In this document: one piece after another, positions 36,553 through 45,200 of the stretch
Layout of the letters: each line of letters starts with the position of its first letter
How positions within the stretch are numbered: position 1 is the stretch's first letter
IMG/VR virus record: IMGVR_UViG_3300012952_002053
Location: 1 to 64,000 of that record
DNA length: 64,000 nucleotides
Reading direction: 5' to 3' (one strand)
From: a virus
Lineage: Duplodnaviria > Caudoviricetes
Translations under genes and position numbers: made by a program
Notes under the pieces: generated by a model
Seen by the model: the letters and a program-made list of their open reading frames with translations, nothing else
Databases searched by the model: none
Told to the model about the DNA's origin: nothing

Positions 36553-37429
36553 ACTCCATTAATTTGTTACTAACTCTATTTATCGCCCATTTGTTCATAA
36601 CATGGATATCCAGCCCACGCCACCTGCATAACATAAAGTCGCCTAAACTTTTTGGTTTCTCAAGATAAAAAATGATTTCATTTTGCGCCGGAGCACTATG
36701 TATATCATCTGTATCAAAAGTTTTATACAAATGGGGGACTGGAAGTTGTGGTATACCTTTATCAACAAATCCACTCATCATGTGTGCGGCTACACTGAAA
36801 CTGTAGTCGTTTCTGTATAAGTTGCCGGGCCACTTGTAGACATCTTGATAAAATTCTCTATTGTCTCTTACGTGAGCAACTGTCTTAAAAAATTGTTCTG
36901 CAAATGCAGACTTTTTAAAATATACGACAGTTGCCCAGTACATCGTAATTCCTGTGCCACTTAATCTTTTAAGTGTTGGGTCATCTCTTTCAGACATTAT
37001 ATCTTGGTACGACCAGTTCATCATAAATTCGTTTTCATGTCCCCAACAACTATTTAATGTGTTACTTAAAATTAAATAATCAGCGTCTATAAGCAACGTT
37101 TCATCGTATGGTGACAAATTGTATGCATCACATCTATCAACGTTGTAGAAGGGCAATGGCTTGCTTGTATGACTGGTATCTTTGTATAGTCTGGTATTAA
37201 TGTTTTTAAAGTGCTTGTCTTTCTCTGTTATGATTATATTTGATATAGCATTGTTTACAAACTCCTCTCCTAGTTCAGAAGTTGTATAATCATAACTTGC
37301 TTGGTTTGTTACAACTGTAACATCTTTTATATTACAATTTTGTTTTATAAGTAAAGCATTAACCACAGCAAGTTTGAGATAGTCTATCTCATTATTGTTG
37401 TGGGCAAACATGATAAATCCTTTACTCAT
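36539..37429 (-). CDS. GT8-like (GT-A) protein, paralogue 2
   Basis: MSKGFIMFAHNN..DY..LA, YNLSPYDETLLIDADY (DxD), YWATVVYFKK, RNDYSFSVA, HVMNK. Confidence 0.65.
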   Translation of the reverse strand: MSKGFIMFAHNNNEIDYLKLAVVNALLIKQNCNIKDVTVVTNQASYDYTTSELGEEFVNNAISNIIITEKDKHFKNINTRLYKDTSHTSKPLPFYNVDRCDAYNLSPYDETLLIDADYLILSNTLNSCWGHENEFMMNWSYQDIMSERDDPTLKRLSGTGITMYWATVVYFKKSAFAEQFFKTVAHVRDNREFYQDVYKWPGNLYRNDYSFSVAAHMMSGFVDKGIPQLPVPHLYKTFDTDDIHSAPAQNEIIFYLEKPKSLGDFMLCRWRGLDIHVMNKWAINRVSNKLMEYVNA

Positions 37430-38117
37430 TTGATAATAATGTCCTTGTTTCTTTCCAATCTTTTACAGCAAATACTTGATGTGGTTGTAAAAGTTTTGCT
37501 AATGGATAATCGTTTCCTGCAGGATCTGTCCTGTCACCATAAAATTTAATTCTATTTGTATTACTGAACTCATTTAAAATTTGTGCTTTGTTACAGCCTT
37601 TTTTAAATATATCTATACCTGTTTCTCCACCTACGTCTGCTAGTAAGTCAGGATACTTTTCATTAAATGCTGTAGCAATTTTTTCTCTTTCTTTTGTTTT
37701 ACAATCGTATTCATAATATTCTTTACGTTGTTCTTGATTTGCATTACGACCTACTACACTAAAATTACACATGCCTGTTCTATCTTCAAAGTGTAACCCT
37801 GTGCGTAACGGAAAAGGACTGTGTTCTAATTTGAAATTTAACCATTGCTTTGCATCTAAAGGCAGTTCCCAATCGTTGTAGTATAATTCTTTATCTCTTA
37901 TCCATCGACTGTTACCACTACAGTTGTAAACTCGCATACATGCATTGTAAATTGTTTCACCTACTTGCTCTACAGTTTTATCTCTGTCACTGCCTGTGAC
38001 TAAAAATACTCTGTGTGTATGACAAAATTTTAAAAACTCTTTTTCAAATGCAGAGTCTATTTTTCCTCTACTTGGAGTTAAAGTTCCGTCTACGTCAAAT
38101 ATATAATCATGTATCAT
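37422..38117 (-). CDS. HAD-IIB phosphomannomutase-like protein (eukaryotic PMM/SEC53 type)
   Basis: FDVDGTLTPSR (DxDGT), LVTGSD, RTGMCNFSVVGRNA..EQR, GGETGIDIF, FYGD..GNDYPL. Confidence 0.85.
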   Translation of the reverse strand: MIHDYIFDVDGTLTPSRGKIDSAFEKEFLKFCHTHRVFLVTGSDRDKTVEQVGETIYNACMRVYNCSGNSRWIRDKELYYNDWELPLDAKQWLNFKLEHSPFPLRTGLHFEDRTGMCNFSVVGRNANQEQRKEYYEYDCKTKEREKIATAFNEKYPDLLADVGGETGIDIFKKGCNKAQILNEFSNTNRIKFYGDRTDPAGNDYPLAKLLQPHQVFAVKDWKETRTLLSNE

Positions 38118-38469
38118 CGATATCTAAATCAATCAACTTATGTACTTTTCTAGCCTTCTTTAATTTAGTGTACTCTGCATGATATTCGTTTACGGCTTCA
38201 AAGTATCGTGATAAGATTTCCTCTAAAAATTTTTCTAAATCATCTATCTTTATTGGATTGTTGTAAACATCTAACAAAACTGCATTAGAATATTCTTTTT
38301 CCATTAATAATTTTACAAATGAAATAAGTTCTTGTGAAATCTCGAATGTGCCACCATTTATGCTGTAACTTAATAATGTTTGTACTTTTGCCTTTAAGGC
38401 ATTGTGCTGTACATTCAAAGTCGTGCGATAATTAGCGAACTCGAGTGCTTTTGTTAGTTTAGACGACAT
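38107..38469 (-). CDS. Conserved hypothetical large-myovirus protein
   Basis: KALEFANYRTTL...GGTF...LISFV...LLDVYNNPI pattern. Appears leaderless. Confidence 0.7.
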   Translation of the reverse strand: MSSKLTKALEFANYRTTLNVQHNALKAKVQTLLSYSINGGTFEISQELISFVKLLMEKEYSNAVLLDVYNNPIKIDDLEKFLEEILSRYFEAVNEYHAEYTKLKKARKVHKLIDLDIDDT

Positions 38470-38475
38470 GTTACA

Positions 38476-38483
38476 TATTTATT
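38476..38483 (-). promoter_or_regulatory. T4-late-like promoter AATAAATA heading the 38469-33444 unit
   Basis: AATAAATA-N6-ATG, directly downstream of the terminator; no SD. Confidence 0.55.
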
Positions 38484-38489
38484 AGTCAT

Positions 38490-38518
38490 AAAAAAAGCCA
38501 GTGTTACTAACTGGCTTT
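38490..38518 (-). terminator. Rho-independent terminator ending the structural-gene transcript
   Basis: GCCAGT/ACTGGC stem (38497-38502 / 38510-38515) extended by AAA/TTT, with a 7-nt loop and a 7-T tract on the - strand, just after the stop at 38536. Confidence 0.85.
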
Positions 38519-38535
38519 CTTTAATTTGTTTATTC

Positions 38536-39582
38536 TTATAATCCGTCTGAAGAAGCATAAGTTGGTGCTGTAACTACAACACCGTTGTTTGCCCTTTTTG
38601 TTTGAACAACACTTGATATTGTGCCGTCTACACCGTCAACGTATCCGTCGCTGTCATCTGCGTTACCGTCAATACCGTCTGGTCCAATACCGTCACCTAA
38701 TGCGTGGTCATCTCGCATAATAACTTTAAATGTTACTACTGTTGGATTTGTTGTGCTATTTACTGCCGCCTCTATTTTATAATAGTTACTTGCATAAGAA
38801 CCTGAACCATATTTAATATACAGTTGTTGGTAACTTGTTGTTAATTCGTAAAAACCTTTGTTAGCACTTGTACCTGTACTTGCTGAACTTGTGGTGTTGT
38901 TTAAGTTAAAAGTAATAGTACCCATTCCACTTAATAAGTTTGTCCAGTTAGTATTTTGTGAGCCTATAGTTCCTGCACTACTGCCTGAAGTACCACCACT
39001 TCTTGAACCTGTAAATAGTACTTCACCACCTGCATTGAAAAATGCTCTTGCATGTGCCTCACTACTAAATGTCGTTGTAAATACATGTGTAATTTCTGGA
39101 GTTGCTGAACTACCCCAACCAGTTGTTCTTGAACTTGTACCTGCGGAGTCTGTTGTTAAACTTGCACTTGGTACAGTTAGTCTAGCATCAAAAACGTCTT
39201 TTACATCGTCCATCAAGTTGCTCCAGTCAGTTGCTGTAATACTATCACCTGAACTGCTGTCTGAACTACTTGAACTGTTTAATGAATGTCCTAAGAAAGT
39301 AGCAAGAGATTGTACCTCGTCCTGTAAGTTTTTATAACCGTTATCAGTACTGCTGGCATTAATGGTTTCACCTGTTGCCGCATCTAAACTACCAGTTGAC
39401 TGATTATAACCATATGTAGTACTTGCTGAGTATGTACCTAATGTTATATCATTCGGTGTACCAAGTTGTCTATAAACATTGGCAACCATATTGTCATAAT
39501 CTGCTGATGCAATAGTATCACCTGCAACGACTTGAACCATATTAGTTCCGCCTGTTACTGTTAAAGTTGATCCACTTGCCAT
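38536..39582 (-). CDS. Ser/Thr/Gly-rich virion structural protein (tail/baseplate associated)
   Basis: TTTFSSEAHARAFFNAGGEVLF..NTNWTNLL..GFYELT pattern of large-myovirus tail proteins. AGGAG SD. Confidence 0.65.
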   Translation of the reverse strand: MASGSTLTVTGGTNMVQVVAGDTIASADYDNMVANVYRQLGTPNDITLGTYSASTTYGYNQSTGSLDAATGETINASSTDNGYKNLQDEVQSLATFLGHSLNSSSSSDSSSGDSITATDWSNLMDDVKDVFDARLTVPSASLTTDSAGTSSRTTGWGSSATPEITHVFTTTFSSEAHARAFFNAGGEVLFTGSRSGGTSGSSAGTIGSQNTNWTNLLSGMGTITFNLNNTTSSASTGTSANKGFYELTTSYQQLYIKYGSGSYASNYYKIEAAVNSTTNPTVVTFKVIMRDDHALGDGIGPDGIDGNADDSDGYVDGVDGTISSVVQTKRANNGVVVTAPTYASSDGL

Positions 39583-39607
39583 AATATTATCTCCTACTTA
39601 ATAAGTG

Positions 39608-39615
39608 TATTTACC
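39608..39615 (-). promoter_or_regulatory. Candidate late promoter GGTAAATA
   Basis: Intergenic NTAAATA-N5-A upstream of the AGGAG SD of the 39582 gene. Confidence 0.4.
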
Positions 39616-41580
39616 TTATTTAACTCCAATGACTGCTTCTATAATACCTGCGTCACCATCTTCTTTATCTTGTAATGCTCTACCAATTACTGCTCTTGCA
39701 TCATACTCATCTGAGCCTAATGCCCAAGCAACACCTGGAACATCTGAACTTACAAGTCTTTCACCTTTTGCAACTTTACCAATTACTTTTACAGGAACTC
39801 TTCCTGCTAGTGCTATTGGTAGACCTTCTGCTTCTGCGTTCATTAAGTATGCTGGACTTGTTGAAACAACACCAAACACATCTACATCTGCATGTGATTC
39901 TGTTTGTGTAATTTCCGCTGATCCACCAATTTTAACAACCGTTCCTGCTTCGTAGTCTTCATCTGAGGAATACACCTCAGCCATATCCGCATATTGGGCC
40001 GCTGTTGCTGTTCCAACAAAGAAGTTACCAGTAATGTTACCTGATGCTGTAACTGTTGTTGCACCAGTAATAGCACCTGCTGTAGAACTTAATGTTCCAT
40101 CAGTCAATGTACCACCTTGTACTGTACCTGATAATGTTGCAGAAGCACCTGCTACGTTACCGTTAAATGTAACAGCATTTGCTTGTCCTGTTAATACTGC
40201 ATCAACACCACTAAATGTTGAACTGTGAACAGTACCAAATTTTGTTCCTGCATTACCAATGTTTATACTGTTGTCTGTTGCAAGTATGTGGCTACCAAAT
40301 GTTTTGTTTGACATTGTAGCAACACCTGTAGTTGTTAAAACTGCATCACCACTTACATCAACAACAATATTTCCTGTTGCTGGATTTCTTAAGTCTCCGT
40401 AGAATCCTAAGTTGTTTACCCAAACGTTTCCTTCATTAACTGTTACATTAGAAATAAATGCTTGGTCAATAGGTGCCGCATTAGAACCAAAACTTTCAAC
40501 GTTTAGTCCACTAATACCACCACCGTTTGCTAATGTTACGTTTGTAACATATAAGTTATCAATTGGAGCATCGCTCTCACCAATATCTAAAACAACACTG
40601 GTTGAACCACCTGTTTTTGCTTTCTTAATATATTGTGCTGAACTTGATGCTGGGTCACCAACAAAAATTGTATCAATGTGCAATTCACTAAATCTAGATC
40701 CTGCATCACCTAACTTCTCTTGGTCTGTTGTTGTAGGAACATAACTACGTCCTACATGAATAATATTGTTTGCATCTACGTTACCACTACCTGTTTGTAT
40801 AGCATTTGCAATGTTGGCTTCTAATGCCACGTTTGCCAATGCAATAGCAGTACCTGAATATTTTTGTCTTAAGTTCATACCAGGTTTAATTTTGTTACCA
40901 ATACCTGAAGTATCTGTAAACTCTGTGTATAAACTTACATCTGCTAAACCTTCAATTTCCCAAGCCGCTGTTGAATCAATTTCAAACTCAGTATGGTCAC
41001 TGAATATTGCCATTACACTTTCACCACTAGTGGCTCCAGCATAAGCATTAACACCGTTGTTCACATACATTAATGCTAGTACGGCACGTTTGATTCCATC
41101 GTTACCTGGAACATACATGGTTCTAATTCTAGTACCATATAAACTTGGACTACCTACGTCGGTAATACCACTGAAAGTATTTGTTACTTTACCTGCATAA
41201 CTGGCATCTACAAACGCCGTTCCATTATGCACTTTTAATTTGTCATCTTTTGTATCATAGTAAGCAGTACCTGTGTTCACACCGCCGCTTGGTGCCGCCG
41301 CACTTACTGTAATACTCATTCTTTGCCAACCACTACCATCGTAAACTCTCATTACGTCTTCATTCTTGTCGTACCAAATCTGACCTGTTAATAAAATGTC
41401 ATCACTTGGTGCTGAGCTACTGGCAAAGTTTTCTAAATGTCTTACTGAGTTTTGAACAAAGTATTGTCCATAACCAGAAACATTTCTACCGACCAATGCA
41501 ACACTGAAAGAAGAGTTTACCTGACTAGCGGCTACGTTAATGGTTCTTGAACCATCTGTATTTTGTACTGAATAAGTCAT
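39616..41580 (-). CDS. Tail fibre/spike-like protein with a C-terminal peptidase-G2-like intramolecular chaperone
   Basis: N-terminal GRNVSGYGQ..LENFA..GQIWYD attachment-type module. C-terminal YADMAE..GTVV..G...GVVS..PAYLMN..ALAGRVPVKVIG. Confidence 0.7.
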   Translation of the reverse strand: MTYSVQNTDGSRTINVAASQVNSSFSVALVGRNVSGYGQYFVQNSVRHLENFASSSAPSDDILLTGQIWYDKNEDVMRVYDGSGWQRMSITVSAAAPSGGVNTGTAYYDTKDDKLKVHNGTAFVDASYAGKVTNTFSGITDVGSPSLYGTRIRTMYVPGNDGIKRAVLALMYVNNGVNAYAGATSGESVMAIFSDHTEFEIDSTAAWEIEGLADVSLYTEFTDTSGIGNKIKPGMNLRQKYSGTAIALANVALEANIANAIQTGSGNVDANNIIHVGRSYVPTTTDQEKLGDAGSRFSELHIDTIFVGDPASSSAQYIKKAKTGGSTSVVLDIGESDAPIDNLYVTNVTLANGGGISGLNVESFGSNAAPIDQAFISNVTVNEGNVWVNNLGFYGDLRNPATGNIVVDVSGDAVLTTTGVATMSNKTFGSHILATDNSINIGNAGTKFGTVHSSTFSGVDAVLTGQANAVTFNGNVAGASATLSGTVQGGTLTDGTLSSTAGAITGATTVTASGNITGNFFVGTATAAQYADMAEVYSSDEDYEAGTVVKIGGSAEITQTESHADVDVFGVVSTSPAYLMNAEAEGLPIALAGRVPVKVIGKVAKGERLVSSDVPGVAWALGSDEYDARAVIGRALQDKEDGDAGIIEAVIGVK

Positions 41581-41593
41581 TTTTTATCCTCTA

Positions 41594-42217
41594 TTAATTT
41601 AACTGTACTCTCACAGTATATATAATTTCAATTGTTCTGTTTGCACTTTTTTGAACTGGGTGAAATATTACATGTGTTAGCAATTTACTATCAGTAGGGT
41701 CTGTTGCATAACTGAGCAAACCAAGTTCATCAAAAACGTATGTGCCTTCATTAGTTGTACTACTATCAAAGTCGTCTTGTCCTGCAGGTTGGTTATAACC
41801 TAATGTACAAGTCATCTTTAAATCTGTAAAACTAGTTCCTGTGATTATTTCAATCTTATCTGTAGTTGTATTGTTGCTTATGACTTTTTCATAAGTTCTA
41901 CTATACAGAGTTGCACTATTTTCAAAAGACTCGCTCACACGTGGTGCTTTGTAAATTACTTTACCTGCTGAGTCTACACTTGTTGCTCCGTTACCAAAAG
42001 CCATATAATGGATATACGCACCAGCCTGATTTGTTAAAGCATTTGCAATAATGTTCGCCATGTTACCATAGTGAATTGCGTTTCGCTTATTAACAAACTC
42101 TTCTTTAGTTTCTGCATCTCTAATCAGGATGTGACCTGACATTTTGATACCAGCATTTTCGTCGACTGGTTTAGTCTTGTCCATTTCTTTCTCTGCTTTG
42201 TCATTGCTAACGTTCAT
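41594..42217 (-). CDS. Conserved virion/baseplate structural protein
   Basis: GHILIRD..NKRNAIH, MAFGNG, FDELGL, LLTHVIFHPVQKSANR. Probable ATG at 42217; the track starts at 42232. Confidence 0.7.
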   Translation of the reverse strand: MNVSNDKAEKEMDKTKPVDENAGIKMSGHILIRDAETKEEFVNKRNAIHYGNMANIIANALTNQAGAYIHYMAFGNGATSVDSAGKVIYKAPRVSESFENSATLYSRTYEKVISNNTTTDKIEIITGTSFTDLKMTCTLGYNQPAGQDDFDSSTTNEGTYVFDELGLLSYATDPTDSKLLTHVIFHPVQKSANRTIEIIYTVRVQLN

Positions 42218-42222
42218 ATTCT

Positions 42223-42230
42223 TATTTATC
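42223..42230 (-). promoter_or_regulatory. T4-late-like promoter GATAAATA
   Basis: GATAAATA-N5-ATG, intergenic, no SD. Confidence 0.55.
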
Positions 42231-42257
42231 ACTTTTTGTTAAAATATGTTTTAATTC

Positions 42258-45200
42258 TTAATCGAAATTGTGCAAGAAGTCGATTATACTTGTATTGGCT
42301 TGCAATACAGTACCTTTATCTGTTAAACTTCCTGCCTCTTTAAGGGTTTTATCACCCGAATCCCAACCTGTGTTTTCGTCTACATCAAAGGATGGGAGTG
42401 TATAATTTTCTACACCACCAGATGTTGGTTTGAATGAACCCACGCCGTCCCAACTAGAGTCAAATCCAAATGTAACATTTCCTGCATCAACATCATATGG
42501 TAGGTCACCTACAATACCTGCTGTGGTCATTACATTGTTTTGGAATCCTGTTAGAGCACCTGAGCCATCCCAATCATCATCAAATGGTATAGTATCATCA
42601 AATATTTCTACTGGTTTAATCCAGTTAAAGTCCTCAGGATCTCTTAATAAGTTGCCATTGGCATCTCTTAATCTTATATTCTCAGATTCTTCTCCGTTGA
42701 ATATACCTTCTCCTGATGTAATAACTGTATTAGGTGTAGTACCTTTTGTTCCTCTTGTGATACCTTTTAATTTATTGTTTACTGTATCACGTAATTCGTA
42801 TTCTATTCTTTCACCGTTGATCCAAACAACTGCTGTGTCTTGTATAGATGCTCTTGGCAATTTACTTGCATCTGCAACACTAATTTCGTTATCCCAAATA
42901 TTTACATCTGCTGTTGTTGTAGTCAATGCATTGATAGTTCTTCTGTAGTATTCGCTTTGTCCAAATATATCTAAGAATACCAAGTAACGTACATCAGTAC
43001 TATCTGAACTAATTTGTGTATTACCTTTAGTGTAAACATCCATAGTTAATGTTTCTAGTGGCTGTACTACTGCAAGTTCTTCTGGTCTGTCTGGACCATA
43101 TCTATGTTTTAAGAATGTTGTTGCATCAAAACCGTAAACAGTTTCATCGTTCACTCTGTAATTAACATTACCTGATGCTGTTTCACTGAATATGCCAACA
43201 AAGTTATCAACTTCTGTTTCTCTGTCAAACAATCCATCGTCCCAACCATATGTGTCAAAACCTCTAGTGTCTGTGTAGAAGTTTGATGGATGTGTTCCAG
43301 GTACAACATCTGTAAACACATTAGCATCTAATGTTTCACCTTGGAATGTTGCATGTACTTTACTCTTAATTAAGTCTAGTGCAGATTTTAAGTTACCGTC
43401 TGCAACCATATTAGTCATTATAGAAACATTAGTTGTAATTGTTGTATTTGAACCTGAACCTACACCATATGCTGTATCAAACGCATTGGTAATAGCAGTT
43501 CTTACATCAGGATCAAACTTCCAAAGTCTTTCTGGTGCTGTCCATTTTAGTTCTACATTAGAAATGTTTATATTACTATTTGATTCTATTGCTACTAAGT
43601 TTTTGGCAATAGACACATTCATAGTTTCTAATGTTGGATCAAATCCGTCTATGTATTTGAACTCAATTTTATCACCATTGTTTGGTACACCAATTCTATT
43701 ATTAGTGTTTGCAGTATCTGTGAAACTTATAAATGAGTTGCCAACATCAACAGTATAGTTTGTAACATTGCCACTATCTGATGTTTTGGAAATTTTTTCA
43801 CCATTTACAAAAACTTCTAATCTATTTTCGTCTTCTACAGTAAAGTTAAAGTTGAATATAGTTGAAGTTCCATCTGCTATAATTTGTTGTGTAGAGCCAC
43901 CAGACGTATTTTCATACATGTCGCCTTTGACTCTATCAAAAATAATTCTTTGGTCAAACGTTCTTATTTTATCACTGTTGCTTATGAATCCTGCATAATC
44001 TTTATTTGAATTCAATATAGTATTATCTGCGGCTACTCCGGCATTTAATATTCTTACACTATAATTGTCTTCGTCATAGTATGGAGGTCTATCAAAGTCT
44101 GATGTACTTCCTGACAATATTTCTACAGGTGCCTTTTTAATATCACTATAGTTTCTAATCTTACTACTGTAAGGTTTAACTTCGTTAAAGTAATCAATTG
44201 CTTTATCAAAGTTATCTACTTTAAATCCTTTAAATGGTATAAGGTCTGTTTCTTCTTTTACAACTTTTAAGTATGTTGTCTTAAATGCCCAGTCAAGTTC
44301 ACCTTGTTCTGCATAAGCATATTTTAACATTTCAAAGAAGAATTTATTCCAATGCACTTCGTATGTGTTAGTGAATACTTTTTCATATAATGCTATAAGA
44401 ATATTTCTTATTTCCATTCCTCTCAGTAAAGTTTGAGAATCTTTATGTACACCTTCAATCCATTTAACAGTTTCATTTTCCATTGCAATTAGATTAAATG
44501 TATTAGTTTTCTTGTCGTATTCATATAGTCTGTATCGTTCACTATCATTTTTCTGTACTTGAATAATACTTTTATCTAATACATTTTCTAATAATCCAAA
44601 CTGTTTTGTATCTGTAACTTTTCTTAATGGCTTAAATGTGTTGTCATAATATACAGTACTGTTGTCTATTTTATTAACTCTTTGCTTTTCATACCAGTTA
44701 GTATCTTGTAACAATGTGTACCCTGTTGGCAAATTATCTTTCCAATCAATAAATGATGTTTCCATTTTAAGGTCTCTGAATATTTCATTCATCACAGAAA
44801 ACATTTGCTTTCTTGCTTTTTTAATATCCTTAAACATTGTTTGTCTAGGTCTAAATTTAGAACCAAATCTTTCTGATAAACTTAATCCAGTACCTGGTAC
44901 TATTTGTTGTATAGCATTATATCCTGCTAAACTGTCTATTAGTTTAATACTTAAATTTCTAGGTATAGCACCATCAATATCATTTTCACCTGCTAAGTTC
45001 CAACTAGTATGTTTTTGTGATGCTTCAGTTTCTTTACGTTTAAAGTTTACACTTAAGATACTATCTTCTGTTTTAATTAAATCGCCTAAAGTGTTGACAA
45101 CAAGTGCGTCAGGTGATATAATACCTGTGTAAGCAACTCTTTCACCGTCAATATTTTGTAGCAATCTAGTAATGTCTCTTGTATTTCTTTCTTTACCGTA

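Noticed and set aside
37422-38117. Eukaryotic or NCLDV origin of the contig (PMM, desaturase, AOX, SCP2)
   Set aside because: Shine-Dalgarno sites, overlapping operons, sigma70 and T4-late-like promoters, an intrinsic terminator and myovirus baseplate genes all indicate a bacteriophage.
1352-38469. Cluster as a known DNA hypermodification pathway (7-deazaguanine, glucosyl-hmC, dZ)
   Set aside because: No recognisable folE/queD/queC/dpdA, dCMP or dUMP hydroxymethylase, or purZ in the window, and the promoters look late. DNA modification is not excluded without chemistry.
42231-42257. Terminator after the giant gene (TTAAAA-CATA-TTTTAA)
   Set aside because: The stem is AT-only with no U tract, too weak to call.
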